60,936 bases of DNA, filler included, from 5 parts of 5 records of this genome joined end to end with filler, not necessarily neighbours in it; one strand, 5' to 3'; shown: positions 40,660-50,609, numbered from the whole stretch's first letter. The notes: generated by a model not told the origin, from the letters alone. Numbers and translations are program-made.

Positions 40660-41610
40660 TTATCCACGGAGCAGAACCTCCACATGGTTTTTGGCAAGTT
40701 CGGGAAGTCTTGGAAGATCGTATCCTCCTTCGAGGACGGAGAGTACCCGACCGTTGCAGAATTTATCGGCAAGCTGCATGATTTTTTCCATTATCCAGGT
40801 AAAGCAAAGCGTACTGACGCGGGTGTCGGACATCTCATCGTCCACATGAGCGTCAAATCCGGCAGAGACAATGAGAAAATCGGGCGCGAATTGTCTGATG
40901 GCCGGCAGCATGTCGGCCTGTATCAACGTCTGATACTCTGTATCTCCCTGTCCCGGAAGGATGAGGGTGTTTTTGGTAAAACCGGTTCCGTCGTCCTTTC
41001 CGGTTTCAAAATCACGTCCGGTACCGGGATAGGCAAAGGATGGATGCTGATGGATGGAGTAATAGAACACCGTGGCGTCATTCTCAAAAATGTGTTGGGT
41101 GCCGTTGCCGTGATGGACATCAAAGTCGATGATGGCCACTTTAGGGAGGTCCCACTGTTGCTGAAGATAGCGGGCGGCAATGGCGACATTGTTGAAATAG
41201 CAAAATCCCATGGCTTTATCGACTTCTGCATGGTGTCCCGGAGGACGTATGGCACAAAAGGCGTTATCCAATGTCCCGTCCATGATTTTGTCAATCGTAT
41301 CCAGAATGCCGCCAACCGCAAGAAATGCGGTTTCGTAACTATCCGGGCAGATGCCGTTGTCCGGATCTTCAAATGTGGTGTGACCGGAAAGACAAACCTC
41401 TTCAAATTTTCGTATGTATGAGGGATCATGCACGGTTTGGATCCACTTGATATCCGCTCTGGATGCCGGAAGAACGGTCAAGTGCGCCAATAAGCCGCCC
41501 TCTTCGATGCCCTGATGGATGGCGGTAAGGCGTTCAGCCATTTCAGGGTGATAGGGACCTGCATCGTGCAACATGTATCTCATATCATGTAAATAGCCGG
41601 TTTTTTTCAT
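40660..41610 (-). CDS. histone deacetylase-family (AcuC/HDAC-like) deacetylase
   Basis: HPE, RPPGHHA, DFDVHHGNGTQ, SAGFDAH and LEGGY motifs. Confidence 0.95.
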   Translation of the reverse strand: MKKTGYLHDMRYMLHDAGPYHPEMAERLTAIHQGIEEGGLLAHLTVLPASRADIKWIQTVHDPSYIRKFEEVCLSGHTTFEDPDNGICPDSYETAFLAVGGILDTIDKIMDGTLDNAFCAIRPPGHHAEVDKAMGFCYFNNVAIAARYLQQQWDLPKVAIIDFDVHHGNGTQHIFENDATVFYYSIHQHPSFAYPGTGRDFETGKDDGTGFTKNTLILPGQGDTEYQTLIQADMLPAIRQFAPDFLIVSAGFDAHVDDEMSDTRVSTLCFTWIMEKIMQLADKFCNGRVLSVLEGGYDLPRLPELAKNHVEVLLRG

Positions 41611-42005
41611 AAGATATTCTCCAGCCGGAACTAAAGGTCAAGGATTGACCGTTGGGTTGCATTGATAGGCGATGATAGTCAGACTCTTTCTGTAATGACA
41701 AACAAAAGATCGAGTCAAGCATTATTTCAAATATTCAGCAATCGGTTCCCTTTTACTTGCATTGGTGAGGATTTGTGCTTATATCCTTAAAACGTTTCGA
41801 TCATTACATTTCTGGTTACGGTATCCTTCAAAATAGCTTTACACTTTCTGACGCCGAACTCGGTTTTCCTGGGGCTTCCCATAAAAAATGTAAAGTGATT
41901 CTGTGAGAAGATGAAGGATACCCGGATTTTCATGGTATTGTTGATAAACCGGTTCGCCAGAGCCTTATTCGCCGGATAATTTAATAGACAGATTGGGAGG
42001 AAATT

Positions 42006-42932
42006 ATGGACGTTCTAATTACAGGTGCATCGGGATTCGTCGGTACCCGATTATGTCAGGTTTTGCTGGAGAGGGGAGATCGTGTTACAGGCGTGGGCAC
42101 ATCCAAACAGCCGAAAGTTGTGGCAACGCCTTATTATCAGGATCATCCGGAGCTGCAGGAACGCTTTACCTGGATCCGGGCCGATACAACCCAGTCGGGA
42201 GCGTGGCAGGATGCTGTAAAAGAGGCCGATACAATCATCAATCTCACCGGGAAAAATATTTTCGGCTATTGGTCAAAAAATTATAAAAAGCAGATTTACA
42301 CCAGCCGGATTCTAACCACGAAGCACATTGTGGAGACACTGTCGAATGAGAAAAAGCGTGTGCTCTTGAATACATCCGCCATCGGGTACTATGGCGATTG
42401 CGGGGAGACCGGGGTCACTGAAGCGGATGATCCCGGAGATGATTTTCTGGCCGGGGTCTGTGTGGATTGGGAAGAGGAAGCCAAAAAGGCTGCGGAAAAA
42501 GGGACCCGGGTGGTGTTGATGCGATTCGGCGTGGTGTTGGGAGATGGCGGTGCTCTTGGAAAGATGCTCCCGGCATTCAGGTTTTTTGCAGGCGGCCCAT
42601 TGGGTAACGGGCTTCACTGGTTTCCATGGATCCATATCGAGGATCTGATTCAGGCGATATTACTCTTTATGGAAGAGGAATCGATCGAAGGGGCGGTCAA
42701 TCTTGCGGCCCCTCATCTTTTGCGTCATAAAGAGTTTGCGTCCGCTCTGGGACGGGCGTTGAACCGTCCGGCCTTTATGCCTGCACCGGCCTTTATGGTC
42801 AAAACTTTCATGGGAGAGATGGGTCGCGCCTTTTTAAGCAGTCAGAAGGCCGCTCCGGCGGTATTGGAGGCCATCGGTTTTGAGTTCAAATTTGGGGATA
42901 TCGATACCGCATTGAAAGATCTTTTGGCTTAG
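42006..42932 (+). CDS. TIGR01777-family NAD-dependent epimerase/oxidoreductase
   Basis: ITGASGFVG, SAIGYYGD, GGALGKML and PWIHIED motifs. Confidence 0.92.
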   Translation: MDVLITGASGFVGTRLCQVLLERGDRVTGVGTSKQPKVVATPYYQDHPELQERFTWIRADTTQSGAWQDAVKEADTIINLTGKNIFGYWSKNYKKQIYTSRILTTKHIVETLSNEKKRVLLNTSAIGYYGDCGETGVTEADDPGDDFLAGVCVDWEEEAKKAAEKGTRVVLMRFGVVLGDGGALGKMLPAFRFFAGGPLGNGLHWFPWIHIEDLIQAILLFMEEESIEGAVNLAAPHLLRHKEFASALGRALNRPAFMPAPAFMVKTFMGEMGRAFLSSQKAAPAVLEAIGFEFKFGDIDTALKDLLA

Positions 42933-42956
42933 AAGAGGCGTTTCGTCCGGACAAAG

Positions 42957-42996
42957 AGGGCGTTGCGGCTGATTACAGTCGCGCAACGCCCGTTTG
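42957..42996 (+). terminator. GC-rich terminator hairpin
   Basis: GGGCGTTGCG...CGCAACGCCC followed by GTTTG. Confidence 0.65.
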
Positions 42997-43034
42997 TTGG
43001 ATAATTGCTCGTTTACCGTATGATTCGATAATGA

Positions 43035-43463
43035 TTAGTCTTCGGGGAAAATGTATGGCTCGATGTTGATCTCATCCGGATCCACAATGGGAAGGGGCTC
43101 GATCACGACGGCGTCGGGACAATCGATTTTATTGATGGTCGCCCCTGAAATCAGGGTGATCTCCATATCCTCCAGCCATGCGGATTCATCTTCACTCGTG
43201 GAATCCTCGAAGATGGCGATGTCATCGAATGAATAGCGATATACTTTCATTCCAGGTGTGGTCAACTGCGCTTCAGTGCCGTAGTAATTGCTCCAGATAT
43301 CCCCTTCATATATCCCGCCGCTGCCCAGGACGGCATCCATGAATCCCTTTTTGTCGAATTCCGGAGCGTCCGGTCCGGCAACGTCCGCGGGAACCATGAT
43401 AAAATCGAGATTCTTATGGGGAAGTCCGGTGACTTCGACACAGAGCCCTTCCTGAAGAGGCAA
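43035..43463 (-). pseudogene. orphan 3' fragment of an acidic hypothetical protein
   Basis: Protein-like acidic frame with no credible RBS or start; abuts the broken sigma-like gene. Confidence 0.45.
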
Positions 43464-43464
43464 C

Positions 43465-43840
43465 GGCTCCGGATGACATCTTCTACCGTTAACCGTTCAT
43501 GGCATAACAGGCGAAAAACGTCAATGAAGAGAGACCCATGCGCCTTCAGCCATTGGGGAGGCCGAAAACGACCGAATTTCTTTCGGGAAAAATCCTCGAG
43601 AATTCGTTGTGAAACCACGGAAAGAAAGGTTTTGAATTGGGATTTACCTTTGAAACGACGTATTCGTTGCCACTGATTTTCCTCCAAACGTTTGATGAGG
43701 TAGAGCATGGCTTCCTGGGCAAGGTGATCCTGGGGAAACCGTCTTTCAGCAAGTCATTCCAGAACGTTCCAGTGATTGAATACCTGTTTTTTCCAATACT
43801 CGAATGTCTCTTTTACCAATCCTTCACCTGTGTCATCCAT
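43465..43840 (-). pseudogene. truncated sigma70/ECF-like gene with an in-frame TGA
   Basis: MDDTGEG...HWNVLE*LAERRFPQDHLAQEAMLYLIKRLEENQWQRIRRFKGKSQFKTFLSVVSQRILEDFSRK (region 2-like); TGA at 43754-43756; no region 4. Confidence 0.6.
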
Positions 43841-43879
43841 CAAGGGATCAGTTCGCCCGGTCAACGGGTGTTTAGTCAA

Positions 43880-44329
43880 TTACGATAACAATTCAACAAA
43901 GCGTCTCTCTCGATAATCGAAAATATGGGTGAGCATCTTTTGGATAAAAAGTCGATGAACAATCTTGCCGATGACTGAAAACGGTAATTGATAACTCACT
44001 TCATCCCGAATAATTAACCCCTTGTCTCCCTCTTGAATTTCGTGATAATGGTACCAGAACGTGTAAGGCCCCAGCCGCTGTTCATCGACAAATGAGGTGA
44101 GAGGCCTGATGTGTTTGATCTCCGTCACCCACTGCCGTCTGCCTAGAATCGGAAGCGTGATACGGTACTCGATCAAAAGGCCGTTGAACATTTGGGGAGG
44201 CAGCGGCGTCACAATTTTGAAGTGGAGCGTATCCGGCGTGATCTGATTGAGATTGTCGGGGTTGCTGATGAAATCCCACACCTTTTGCCGGGGGGATTGA
44301 ACCGTTACTTGCCGGTGAATGGTGTACAT
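43880..44329 (-). CDS. SRPBCC-family protein
   Basis: VWDFISNPDNLNQITP, WVTEI and FVDEQRLGPYTFWYHYH motifs. Confidence 0.9.
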   Translation of the reverse strand: MYTIHRQVTVQSPRQKVWDFISNPDNLNQITPDTLHFKIVTPLPPQMFNGLLIEYRITLPILGRRQWVTEIKHIRPLTSFVDEQRLGPYTFWYHYHEIQEGDKGLIIRDEVSYQLPFSVIGKIVHRLFIQKMLTHIFDYRERRFVELLS

Positions 44330-44385
44330 AAGGCAGGTTTCTTTGTGTTTAAATAAATTAGAAAAAATTCTTGAAGGAATATAGC

Positions 44386-45429
44386 ATGGAAAACGAAAAG
44401 GGCAATGGTAAAAAAATCGGTGTGATCGGGGCAGGGAGCTGGGGGACGGCCCTGGCCAACCTGCTGGGCGATAAGGGATATCATGTGGATTTATGGGCGT
44501 ATGAGCTAGAGACGGTTCAAAATATAGCCGAATATCGAGAAAATAAACTCTTTTTGCCGGGTGTTGTCCTGTCTGAAAATATTTCTCCCACCGCTGATCT
44601 TGATGCGGTGGTGGCCAGTCACTCGTTGCTTCTCATTGTCGTCCCTTCCCACACCATGCGGGACATGTGCCTTAAAATGAAAGAGAGGATATCCCCGGAT
44701 ACCGTTGTCATTACCGCATCCAAAGGAATAGAGGACGGCACCTGCCTCACCATGCACGGCGTGATTTCCGAGTCGATTCCTTCCCTGAATAAAGATAAAA
44801 TCGTTGTGCTTTCCGGACCGAGTTTTGCCAAAGAGGTGGCCGGGAAAGTGCCCACCGCCATCAGTGTCGCTGCAAAAGATACCGACACCGCAGTGATGGT
44901 TCAACACGCCTTTGCCACGGATTATTTCAGAATTTATGTCAATGATGATCCCATCGGGCTGGAGCTTGGCGGAGCGGTTAAAAATGTCATTGCCATTGCC
45001 GCCGGATTTGCCGACGGCATGCAGCTCGGCCTCAACACCCGTGCCGCCTTGATCACCAGAGGTCTGGCGGAGATCCGGCGGTTGGGGATGAAGATGGGGG
45101 CCAACCCCCACACCTTTGCCGGACTCTCCGGCGTCGGGGATCTGATTTTGACCTGTACCGGTGATTTGAGTCGGAACTATACCGTGGGGAAACAGCTGGG
45201 GCAGGGTATGACCATTGAAGAGATCCAGAGTAAAAGAATCACCGTAGCCGAAGGGGTCCGGAATACCAAATCGGTCTACAATTTGGCAAAATCGCTGGAT
45301 ATCGAACTTCCCATTATCAACGAAGTATACAAAGCGCTTTATGAAAACGGCACCCCGGCCGACGCCATCGAGCGCCTGATGACAAGGCCTTTAGGAGATG
45401 AAACCGGTGAGTTGGGATGGACTCAGTAG
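44386..45429 (+). CDS. gpsA: NAD(P)H-dependent glycerol-3-phosphate dehydrogenase
   Basis: GAGSWGTALA, SKGIE, LSGPSFA, GGAVKNVIAIA and GDLILTC..SRN motifs. Confidence 0.96.
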   Translation: MENEKGNGKKIGVIGAGSWGTALANLLGDKGYHVDLWAYELETVQNIAEYRENKLFLPGVVLSENISPTADLDAVVASHSLLLIVVPSHTMRDMCLKMKERISPDTVVITASKGIEDGTCLTMHGVISESIPSLNKDKIVVLSGPSFAKEVAGKVPTAISVAAKDTDTAVMVQHAFATDYFRIYVNDDPIGLELGGAVKNVIAIAAGFADGMQLGLNTRAALITRGLAEIRRLGMKMGANPHTFAGLSGVGDLILTCTGDLSRNYTVGKQLGQGMTIEEIQSKRITVAEGVRNTKSVYNLAKSLDIELPIINEVYKALYENGTPADAIERLMTRPLGDETGELGWTQ

Positions 45430-46259
45430 AATCGGTGGGCTATTTCGATGCCCATGCTCATTTGCAGGAACCCCAGATTGTCCATGATCTGACTGGAATG
45501 ATGGAACGGTGGCAGGCCATGCAGGGCCGTGAGATTGTGTGTTGCGGTATCCACGAGAAGGATTGGTCCCGGGTATTAGAGATTGCTGATAACTACGGAC
45601 AGGTACTCCCTTGTTTGGGGCTTCACCCCTGGTTTGTCCAGGGAGCCTCTTCTCATTGGAAAGAGTGCCTTCTGAATCTCATCGATCAAAACCCACATGT
45701 GGTGGCCATAGGGGAGATTGGTCTTGATTTTGTTCTGAAAAGTGCAGATAGGGAGTTACAGGAAAAAGTCTTTACCTCTCAGCTGATCATGGCAAAGGAA
45801 AAAGGGATACCGGTTTCAATTCATGTCCGAAAGGCGTGGGAACGACTCGTCGCCATCATGAAAAAAATCGGGCCACTGCCGCAAGGGGGGCAAATTCATT
45901 CATATTCCGGTTCGGCGGATCTGGTACCGGTATTGGAAAAAATGGGGTTCTATATCTCATTTTCCGGTTCCGTCACTCAAGGGAATAACAAAAAGGTTCG
46001 AAAGGCACTATGTGCGGTTTCCCCCAAACGGCTTCTCATAGAAACCGACAGTCCTGCAATTTTGCCTCGTTATCCAATGAATCCGTTGCTTCCGGAAAAT
46101 TGGAAGCATCAGCGCTCTTCTCTTTATTTACAAGGGTGGAACGAGCCGGCGAATCTATTTCTCATCGCCCTGAGCGTATCGGAGATTTTCTCATTGGATA
46201 TGCGGCGATTGATGCAAAGAACCCGGGAGAACGGCTTGCGCCTGTTTCAAAAACGTTGA
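45417..46259 (+). CDS. tatD: TatD-family hydrolase
   Basis: DAHAH, GLHP, AIGEIGLD, HSYSGS and IETDSP motifs. Confidence 0.9.
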   Translation: MDSVESVGYFDAHAHLQEPQIVHDLTGMMERWQAMQGREIVCCGIHEKDWSRVLEIADNYGQVLPCLGLHPWFVQGASSHWKECLLNLIDQNPHVVAIGEIGLDFVLKSADRELQEKVFTSQLIMAKEKGIPVSIHVRKAWERLVAIMKKIGPLPQGGQIHSYSGSADLVPVLEKMGFYISFSGSVTQGNNKKVRKALCAVSPKRLLIETDSPAILPRYPMNPLLPENWKHQRSSLYLQGWNEPANLFLIALSVSEIFSLDMRRLMQRTRENGLRLFQKR

Positions 46260-46303
46260 GTGTAAAATCCATACAGAGAGAAAATGACACTCACTGCTTT
46301 AAA

Positions 46304-46621
46304 TTAAAGATTCAGCTCTTTTGCAATCATTTGAATCTGCTCTTCTATAAACGCCATTTGAGGGGCCATTTCACTCAAGTCCTTTTTTTGGGCAGATTTT
46401 TCAAGCATCTCGGCTGCTTTGGCCATTTCGTCAAAGCCTAGGTTGGCAGCGGCACCCTTGATGGAGTGAACAGCCATTGCCGCCTTGCTCAGCTTTCCTG
46501 TATCAACGGCTTCTTTAAAGTCCTTCAAGTCGCTGAGAGAAGTCTCCACAAGCATTTCTGCAAGTTCAAGAAAATCTTCTTTTTCAAAACCGATTTCAGA
46601 CGCCATTTGATTAAAATTCAT
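46304..46621 (-). CDS. Hpt phosphotransfer protein
   Basis: VHSIKGAAANLG. Confidence 0.9.
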   Translation of the reverse strand: MNFNQMASEIGFEKEDFLELAEMLVETSLSDLKDFKEAVDTGKLSKAAMAVHSIKGAAANLGFDEMAKAAEMLEKSAQKKDLSEMAPQMAFIEEQIQMIAKELNL

Positions 46622-46918
46622 CTTTACTCATCTCCCCGGTCTTTTTGTATCTTCTGTTTAATACGCGATTAGTCAGCCTGAAATAATTGAAACTACTTAC
46701 AAATATTATAGAAAAAAATATTGCAAATTTTATTGATACTATATTATTGAGGACTCCAACTGGAATTTCTGAAGCGCTTGATGGCATACTTCTTTTTTAG
46801 TATAATGATTTATAGTCAATTTCCCTTCAATAAGTTACGAAATTCTAAAATAGGCGCATTGCGACTCAAGCAGACAGTGCTATTGGATGTTAATATAACG
46901 GCCATGTCAGGCCACCTG

Positions 46919-47018
46919 NNNNNNNNNNNNNNNNNNNNNNNNNNNNNNNNNNNNNNNNNNNNTTAATTAATTAANNNNNNNNNNNNNNNNNNNNNNNNNN
47001 NNNNNNNNNNNNNNNNNN
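46919..47018. other. artificial contig linker
   Basis: N44-TTAATTAATTAA-N44. Confidence 0.98.
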
Positions 47019-47138
47019 AAAAAGAATCAATTTTGAATTACCCTAAAATTTCCATATTTGACTTTGGGTCAAAAAATATTCGATATATTTTTTACGTCTA
47101 ATAATATTTAATTATAAATCGGACGGACTAATAGCTTT

Positions 47139-47396
47139 CTAATTTTTATCACTTCCTTCATATGTTTTGTCAGTAAGTATCCAATATTTCCCATATCCTT
47201 TGCAAAAATTTCTGTTTTTTGTACAAACTTCCTGATATTCACATTCTGAGCACTTAATTGATTTTATATACTCTTTCTTTTCCATTCCTTTTAACATATA
47301 TTCCAACAATACAGGACTTATCTTTAGTTCTCTCAATAATTGTCTAGCTTCAATCTGCTTTCCAGCATTTATTTTGTCTATAATATTCTTTATCAT
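47139..47396 (-). CDS. FeoC-like winged-helix protein with four Cys
   Basis: wHTH-like N-terminus, then CSEC-x4-C-x6-C; GAGGTG RBS. Confidence 0.65.
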   Translation of the reverse strand: MIKNIIDKINAGKQIEARQLLRELKISPVLLEYMLKGMEKKEYIKSIKCSECEYQEVCTKNRNFCKGYGKYWILTDKTYEGSDKN

Positions 47397-47465
47397 GATT
47401 GATCCACCTCGTTGTATTAAATTAACAGAATCAATCTACAATATTAGTTTACGATTTGATTAGTA

Positions 47466-47612
47466 TTAATTTTTTATTATGATCCTGTTGATATTATTTT
47501 CTAAATTTGTTTTTTTTGTACTACAGCACTCGTTTGTTTTCCCTTGTTTACATGAACAATCGTCTCCACAACTACATTTATGATCTGTGTTATTAGTTAC
47601 ATTCAATCTCAT
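47466..47612 (-). CDS. metallothionein-like Cys-rich microprotein (not in the ORF track)
   Basis: MRLNVTNNTDHKCSCGDDCSCKQGKTNECCSTKKTNLENNINRIIIKN*; GAGGTG RBS (alternative TTG start at 47606); mid-operon position. Confidence 0.6.
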   Translation of the reverse strand: MRLNVTNNTDHKCSCGDDCSCKQGKTNECCSTKKTNLENNINRIIIKN

Positions 47613-47659
47613 CACCTCGCTAGTTTTTTGATATAAGCGGATTTCCTCGCTTAGTTTAG

Positions 47660-47947
47660 TTAATTAAGTTCATTTATCTCATTTAAACTCTCTTTTAAAC
47701 AGTTTAAGCCACTTGCATTTGCCTGTATGAGAGTTATATTGTTCTTTTTACAAATTTTAGAACACTCTCTAGCCATTTTATGGCTACAAGTTCTAGTCAT
47801 TAATATACAAGCATCTACATTTTCAATCTTCTTATTAAACATAGGGCATTTTTGATTAAAAACTTTACATTTAAAATTATACTCTTTAACTAAATTTTTA
47901 TATTCTCTCTCTATGCTCTTGACGCCTCCAATAATTGCAACTGTCAT
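47660..47947 (-). CDS. DUF2325-domain protein
   Basis: VAIIGG, DACILMTRTCSH pattern. Confidence 0.8.
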   Translation of the reverse strand: MTVAIIGGVKSIEREYKNLVKEYNFKCKVFNQKCPMFNKKIENVDACILMTRTCSHKMARECSKICKKNNITLIQANASGLNCLKESLNEINELN

Positions 47948-47963
47948 ATTTATACCGCCTCTC

Positions 47964-48028
47964 TTTTATTTTGATTATCAAAACATTTATCTTGCTTAAA
48001 ATCTATCATAAATTTTCGTTCTTGTCAA
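47964..48028 (-). promoter_or_regulatory. sigma70 promoter with a downstream Fur-like box
   Basis: Minus strand TTGACA-N17-TAGATT, then TGATAATCAAAATAA (11/14 to TGATAAT-N-ATTATCA). Confidence 0.55.
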
Positions 48029-48164
48029 CATAATTTTTTTGGAACTGTTCTAAACTAACTTAATTCGTTCAAAAAACATTAGTAAAATATATTGTTCAAC
48101 ATCAACCATTAATAAAATTTATCTTTGGTTCTATTAGTATTTGGAGCTTTGATTAAAAAATCTC

Positions 48165-48193
48165 TTGACGAGTTTATTTAATTGAATTATAAT
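48165..48193 (+). promoter_or_regulatory. sigma70 promoter of the first binding-protein gene
   Basis: TTGACG-N17-TATAAT. Confidence 0.65.
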
Positions 48194-48369
48194 ACTCTAG
48201 ATTATTTTGAAACACAAAGTATTCTAATGTTTTTAGATTTGTCTTTTAAAAATTAATATATTTATTATCAAATATTCTAATTCTTTTAAAACTTTGTATG
48301 TGAATATAATTGCCCGTAACAATAAAATAAAAATTATAAATAAAATAAAGAAGTAGGAGGAAAAAAATA

Positions 48370-50016
48370 ATGAAAAGAAAAGCTTTATTAGTAGCAAGTT
48401 TATCTCTTATGATTACAGCTACAGCATTTGGAGGGATCTTTGATTTCTTTAAAAAAGACAAGAATAAAAAAGCTGTTGTAAAATCAGCTGAGGTAAAGGA
48501 ATCTAAGTTAGTTTTTGCAAACTTCAGAGACTTAAGAGATCTAAATCCACACTTATATGGTGGAGAGCTATTTGCTCAAAATTTATTATTTGAAGGATTA
48601 CTTAAAATTAGTCCTGAAGATGGAAGTTTAAAACCGTGCTTAGCGGAAAGTTATCAGGTATCAGAGGATGGTTTAACATATACTTTTAAATTAAGAGAAG
48701 ATGTTAGCTTTCATGATGGTGAAAAATTTAATGCAGAAGCGGTTAAAGCTAATTTAGATGCTCTACTAGATAATTATGCTAGGCATGGGTGGTTACAGTC
48801 AGTTAAGTTAATGAAAGAAGTGGAAAATATGGGGCTTACTCCAGTTGAGGTTATTAGTGAGTATGTTGTCAAAGTTGAACTTGCTGATTCTTATTATCCA
48901 TTCTTAGTTGAACTTGGAATGACTAGACCATTTAGATTTATATCACCTAAATCATTTATTGATGGAACAACTAAAAACGGCGTTTCTAAAATGAGTGGAA
49001 CTGGATCATATGTTTTAAAAGAGAATCACGTTGACGAATACTCTGTATTTGTTAGAAATGAAAATTATTGGGGAGAAAAGCCTGAAATTAAAACTATAGT
49101 TGCAAAAGTTATCCCTGATAATCAAGCAAGAGTTTTAGCGCTTCAAAAAGGTGAAATTGACTTAATATATGGTACAAATATGATTGATGCTGAGACACTG
49201 GAACAATTTGAGGCGATGAAAGATTTCGATGTTAAAATATCTAATCCAGTATCTACTAGAATGATGTTAATGAACACAACTGATGATGTCCTTGGGGATG
49301 TAAGTGTTAGACAAGCAATCTCTCACGCTACAAATAAAGAAGCAATCTCAAAAGGAATCTTTAATGGAATCGAAGCACCAGCAGACACACTACTTTCACC
49401 GAACGTACCATATGCCAATGTTGGATTAAAGCCGTTTGAATATAACATAGAAAAGGCAAAAGCTTTACTTGATGCAGCAGAATGGAAGGAAGTTGCAGGA
49501 AGTAAATTCAGACAAAAAGATGGTAAGGAATTAACATTTGAACTTAATTATGATACTAACAAAGTTACGAATAAAGCCATCTCTGAATATATGCAGGGAG
49601 AACTTGCTAAAATTGGAATGAACGTTAAACTTATTGGTGAAGAGGAGCAAGCCTATAGGGATAGAATGAAATCTGGTGATTTTGATATTACATTTAATAT
49701 CTCTTGGGGAACTCCATATGATCCACAATCATTCTTAGCTGGAATGGTAAATCCCGTATATGGAGATTACATGGCTCAAAAAGGTCTTGCAAACAAATCT
49801 GAATTAGATCAGAACATCCTAGATGCATTAGGATCAATTGACGAAGTGGAAAGACAAGCTCACTACAAATATGCGTTAGAGACTTTACATTATGAAGCTG
49901 TTTATTTACCTCTTACTTACGAGAGAAACAGAGCTGTTTATAATGCTAAAGTTGGAAATGTTGAGTTCAATGCTTCACAATTTGAAATTCCAATGGAGAG
50001 AATGATTATAAAATAA
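48370..50016 (+). CDS. NikA/CntA-like nickel/cobalt(-metallophore) ABC substrate-binding protein, copy 1 (no lipobox)
   Basis: DLNPHLY, RHGWL, RPFRFISP and SWGTPYDP motifs. Confidence 0.9.
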   Translation: MKRKALLVASLSLMITATAFGGIFDFFKKDKNKKAVVKSAEVKESKLVFANFRDLRDLNPHLYGGELFAQNLLFEGLLKISPEDGSLKPCLAESYQVSEDGLTYTFKLREDVSFHDGEKFNAEAVKANLDALLDNYARHGWLQSVKLMKEVENMGLTPVEVISEYVVKVELADSYYPFLVELGMTRPFRFISPKSFIDGTTKNGVSKMSGTGSYVLKENHVDEYSVFVRNENYWGEKPEIKTIVAKVIPDNQARVLALQKGEIDLIYGTNMIDAETLEQFEAMKDFDVKISNPVSTRMMLMNTTDDVLGDVSVRQAISHATNKEAISKGIFNGIEAPADTLLSPNVPYANVGLKPFEYNIEKAKALLDAAEWKEVAGSKFRQKDGKELTFELNYDTNKVTNKAISEYMQGELAKIGMNVKLIGEEEQAYRDRMKSGDFDITFNISWGTPYDPQSFLAGMVNPVYGDYMAQKGLANKSELDQNILDALGSIDEVERQAHYKYALETLHYEAVYLPLTYERNRAVYNAKVGNVEFNASQFEIPMERMIIK

Positions 50017-50021
50017 ATACC

Positions 50022-50056
50022 AAGGAATTGTATGGTAATGTGCCATGCAATTCCTT
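50022..50056 (+). terminator. hairpin/terminator after binding protein 1
   Basis: AAGGAATTGTATGG/CCATGCAATTCCTT. Confidence 0.65.
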
Positions 50057-50135
50057 AGTTGTTAAATGAGTGATTAAAAATAAAATAATAATAAAACTAA
50101 AGACTCTCAAAATATAATTGGTTAAGCAAAATGCC

Positions 50136-50164
50136 TTGACTTTTCTAAGTATAAGTAATAAAAT
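50136..50164 (+). promoter_or_regulatory. sigma70 promoter upstream of the cobalamin riboswitch
   Basis: TTGACT-N17-TAAAAT. Confidence 0.6.
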
Positions 50165-50220
50165 TTAACTTGATTAGAGTTTTGTATAACGCAGGACTTT
50201 TAAAATGAAAATAAAAATAG

Positions 50221-50502
50221 TTACTGTGGTGGTATGAACCTTAATAAGGAAATCGGTTAGAATCCGATACAGCCCCCTCTACTGTGATATGGACGAAAGT
50301 ACGAGAAAGTCACTGATGAAGTGAGGAAAGTTAGAAGTTATTTATACAGATTAAAATAACTTCAGAAAAGTCTAAAGCTTAAAACAGAATTAACCATTGA
50401 AGCATTGATGAATTCTATTTTAAACTAAGACTTTTTACTTCTTTATTTTAATTGGGAAGATGTACGATTAGAACGAAGTTAGTCAGGAGACTTACCCAGT
50501 AA
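50221..50502 (+). ncRNA. cobalamin (B12) riboswitch with an enlarged accessory domain
   Basis: GGT..TTAATAAGGAAATCGGTTAGAATCCGATACAGCCCCCTCTACTGTGA..GTCACTG..TGGGAAG..AGTCAGGAGACTTACC; P1 TTACTG/CAGTAA. Confidence 0.92.
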
Positions 50503-50609
50503 ATATAAGCATGAATTTCGGGGACGGGAAATTTTATACTTAGAATAATGGAATGGAATCTAGGCTTTTGTAAATCAAAAGTCTGGTTTGATTTGCATAA
50601 ATTAAGTAT

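Noticed and set aside
43754-43756. In-frame TGA as selenocysteine
   Set aside because: No Cys/redox context and no evident SECIS; more likely a CGA-to-TGA change in a gene that is also truncated.
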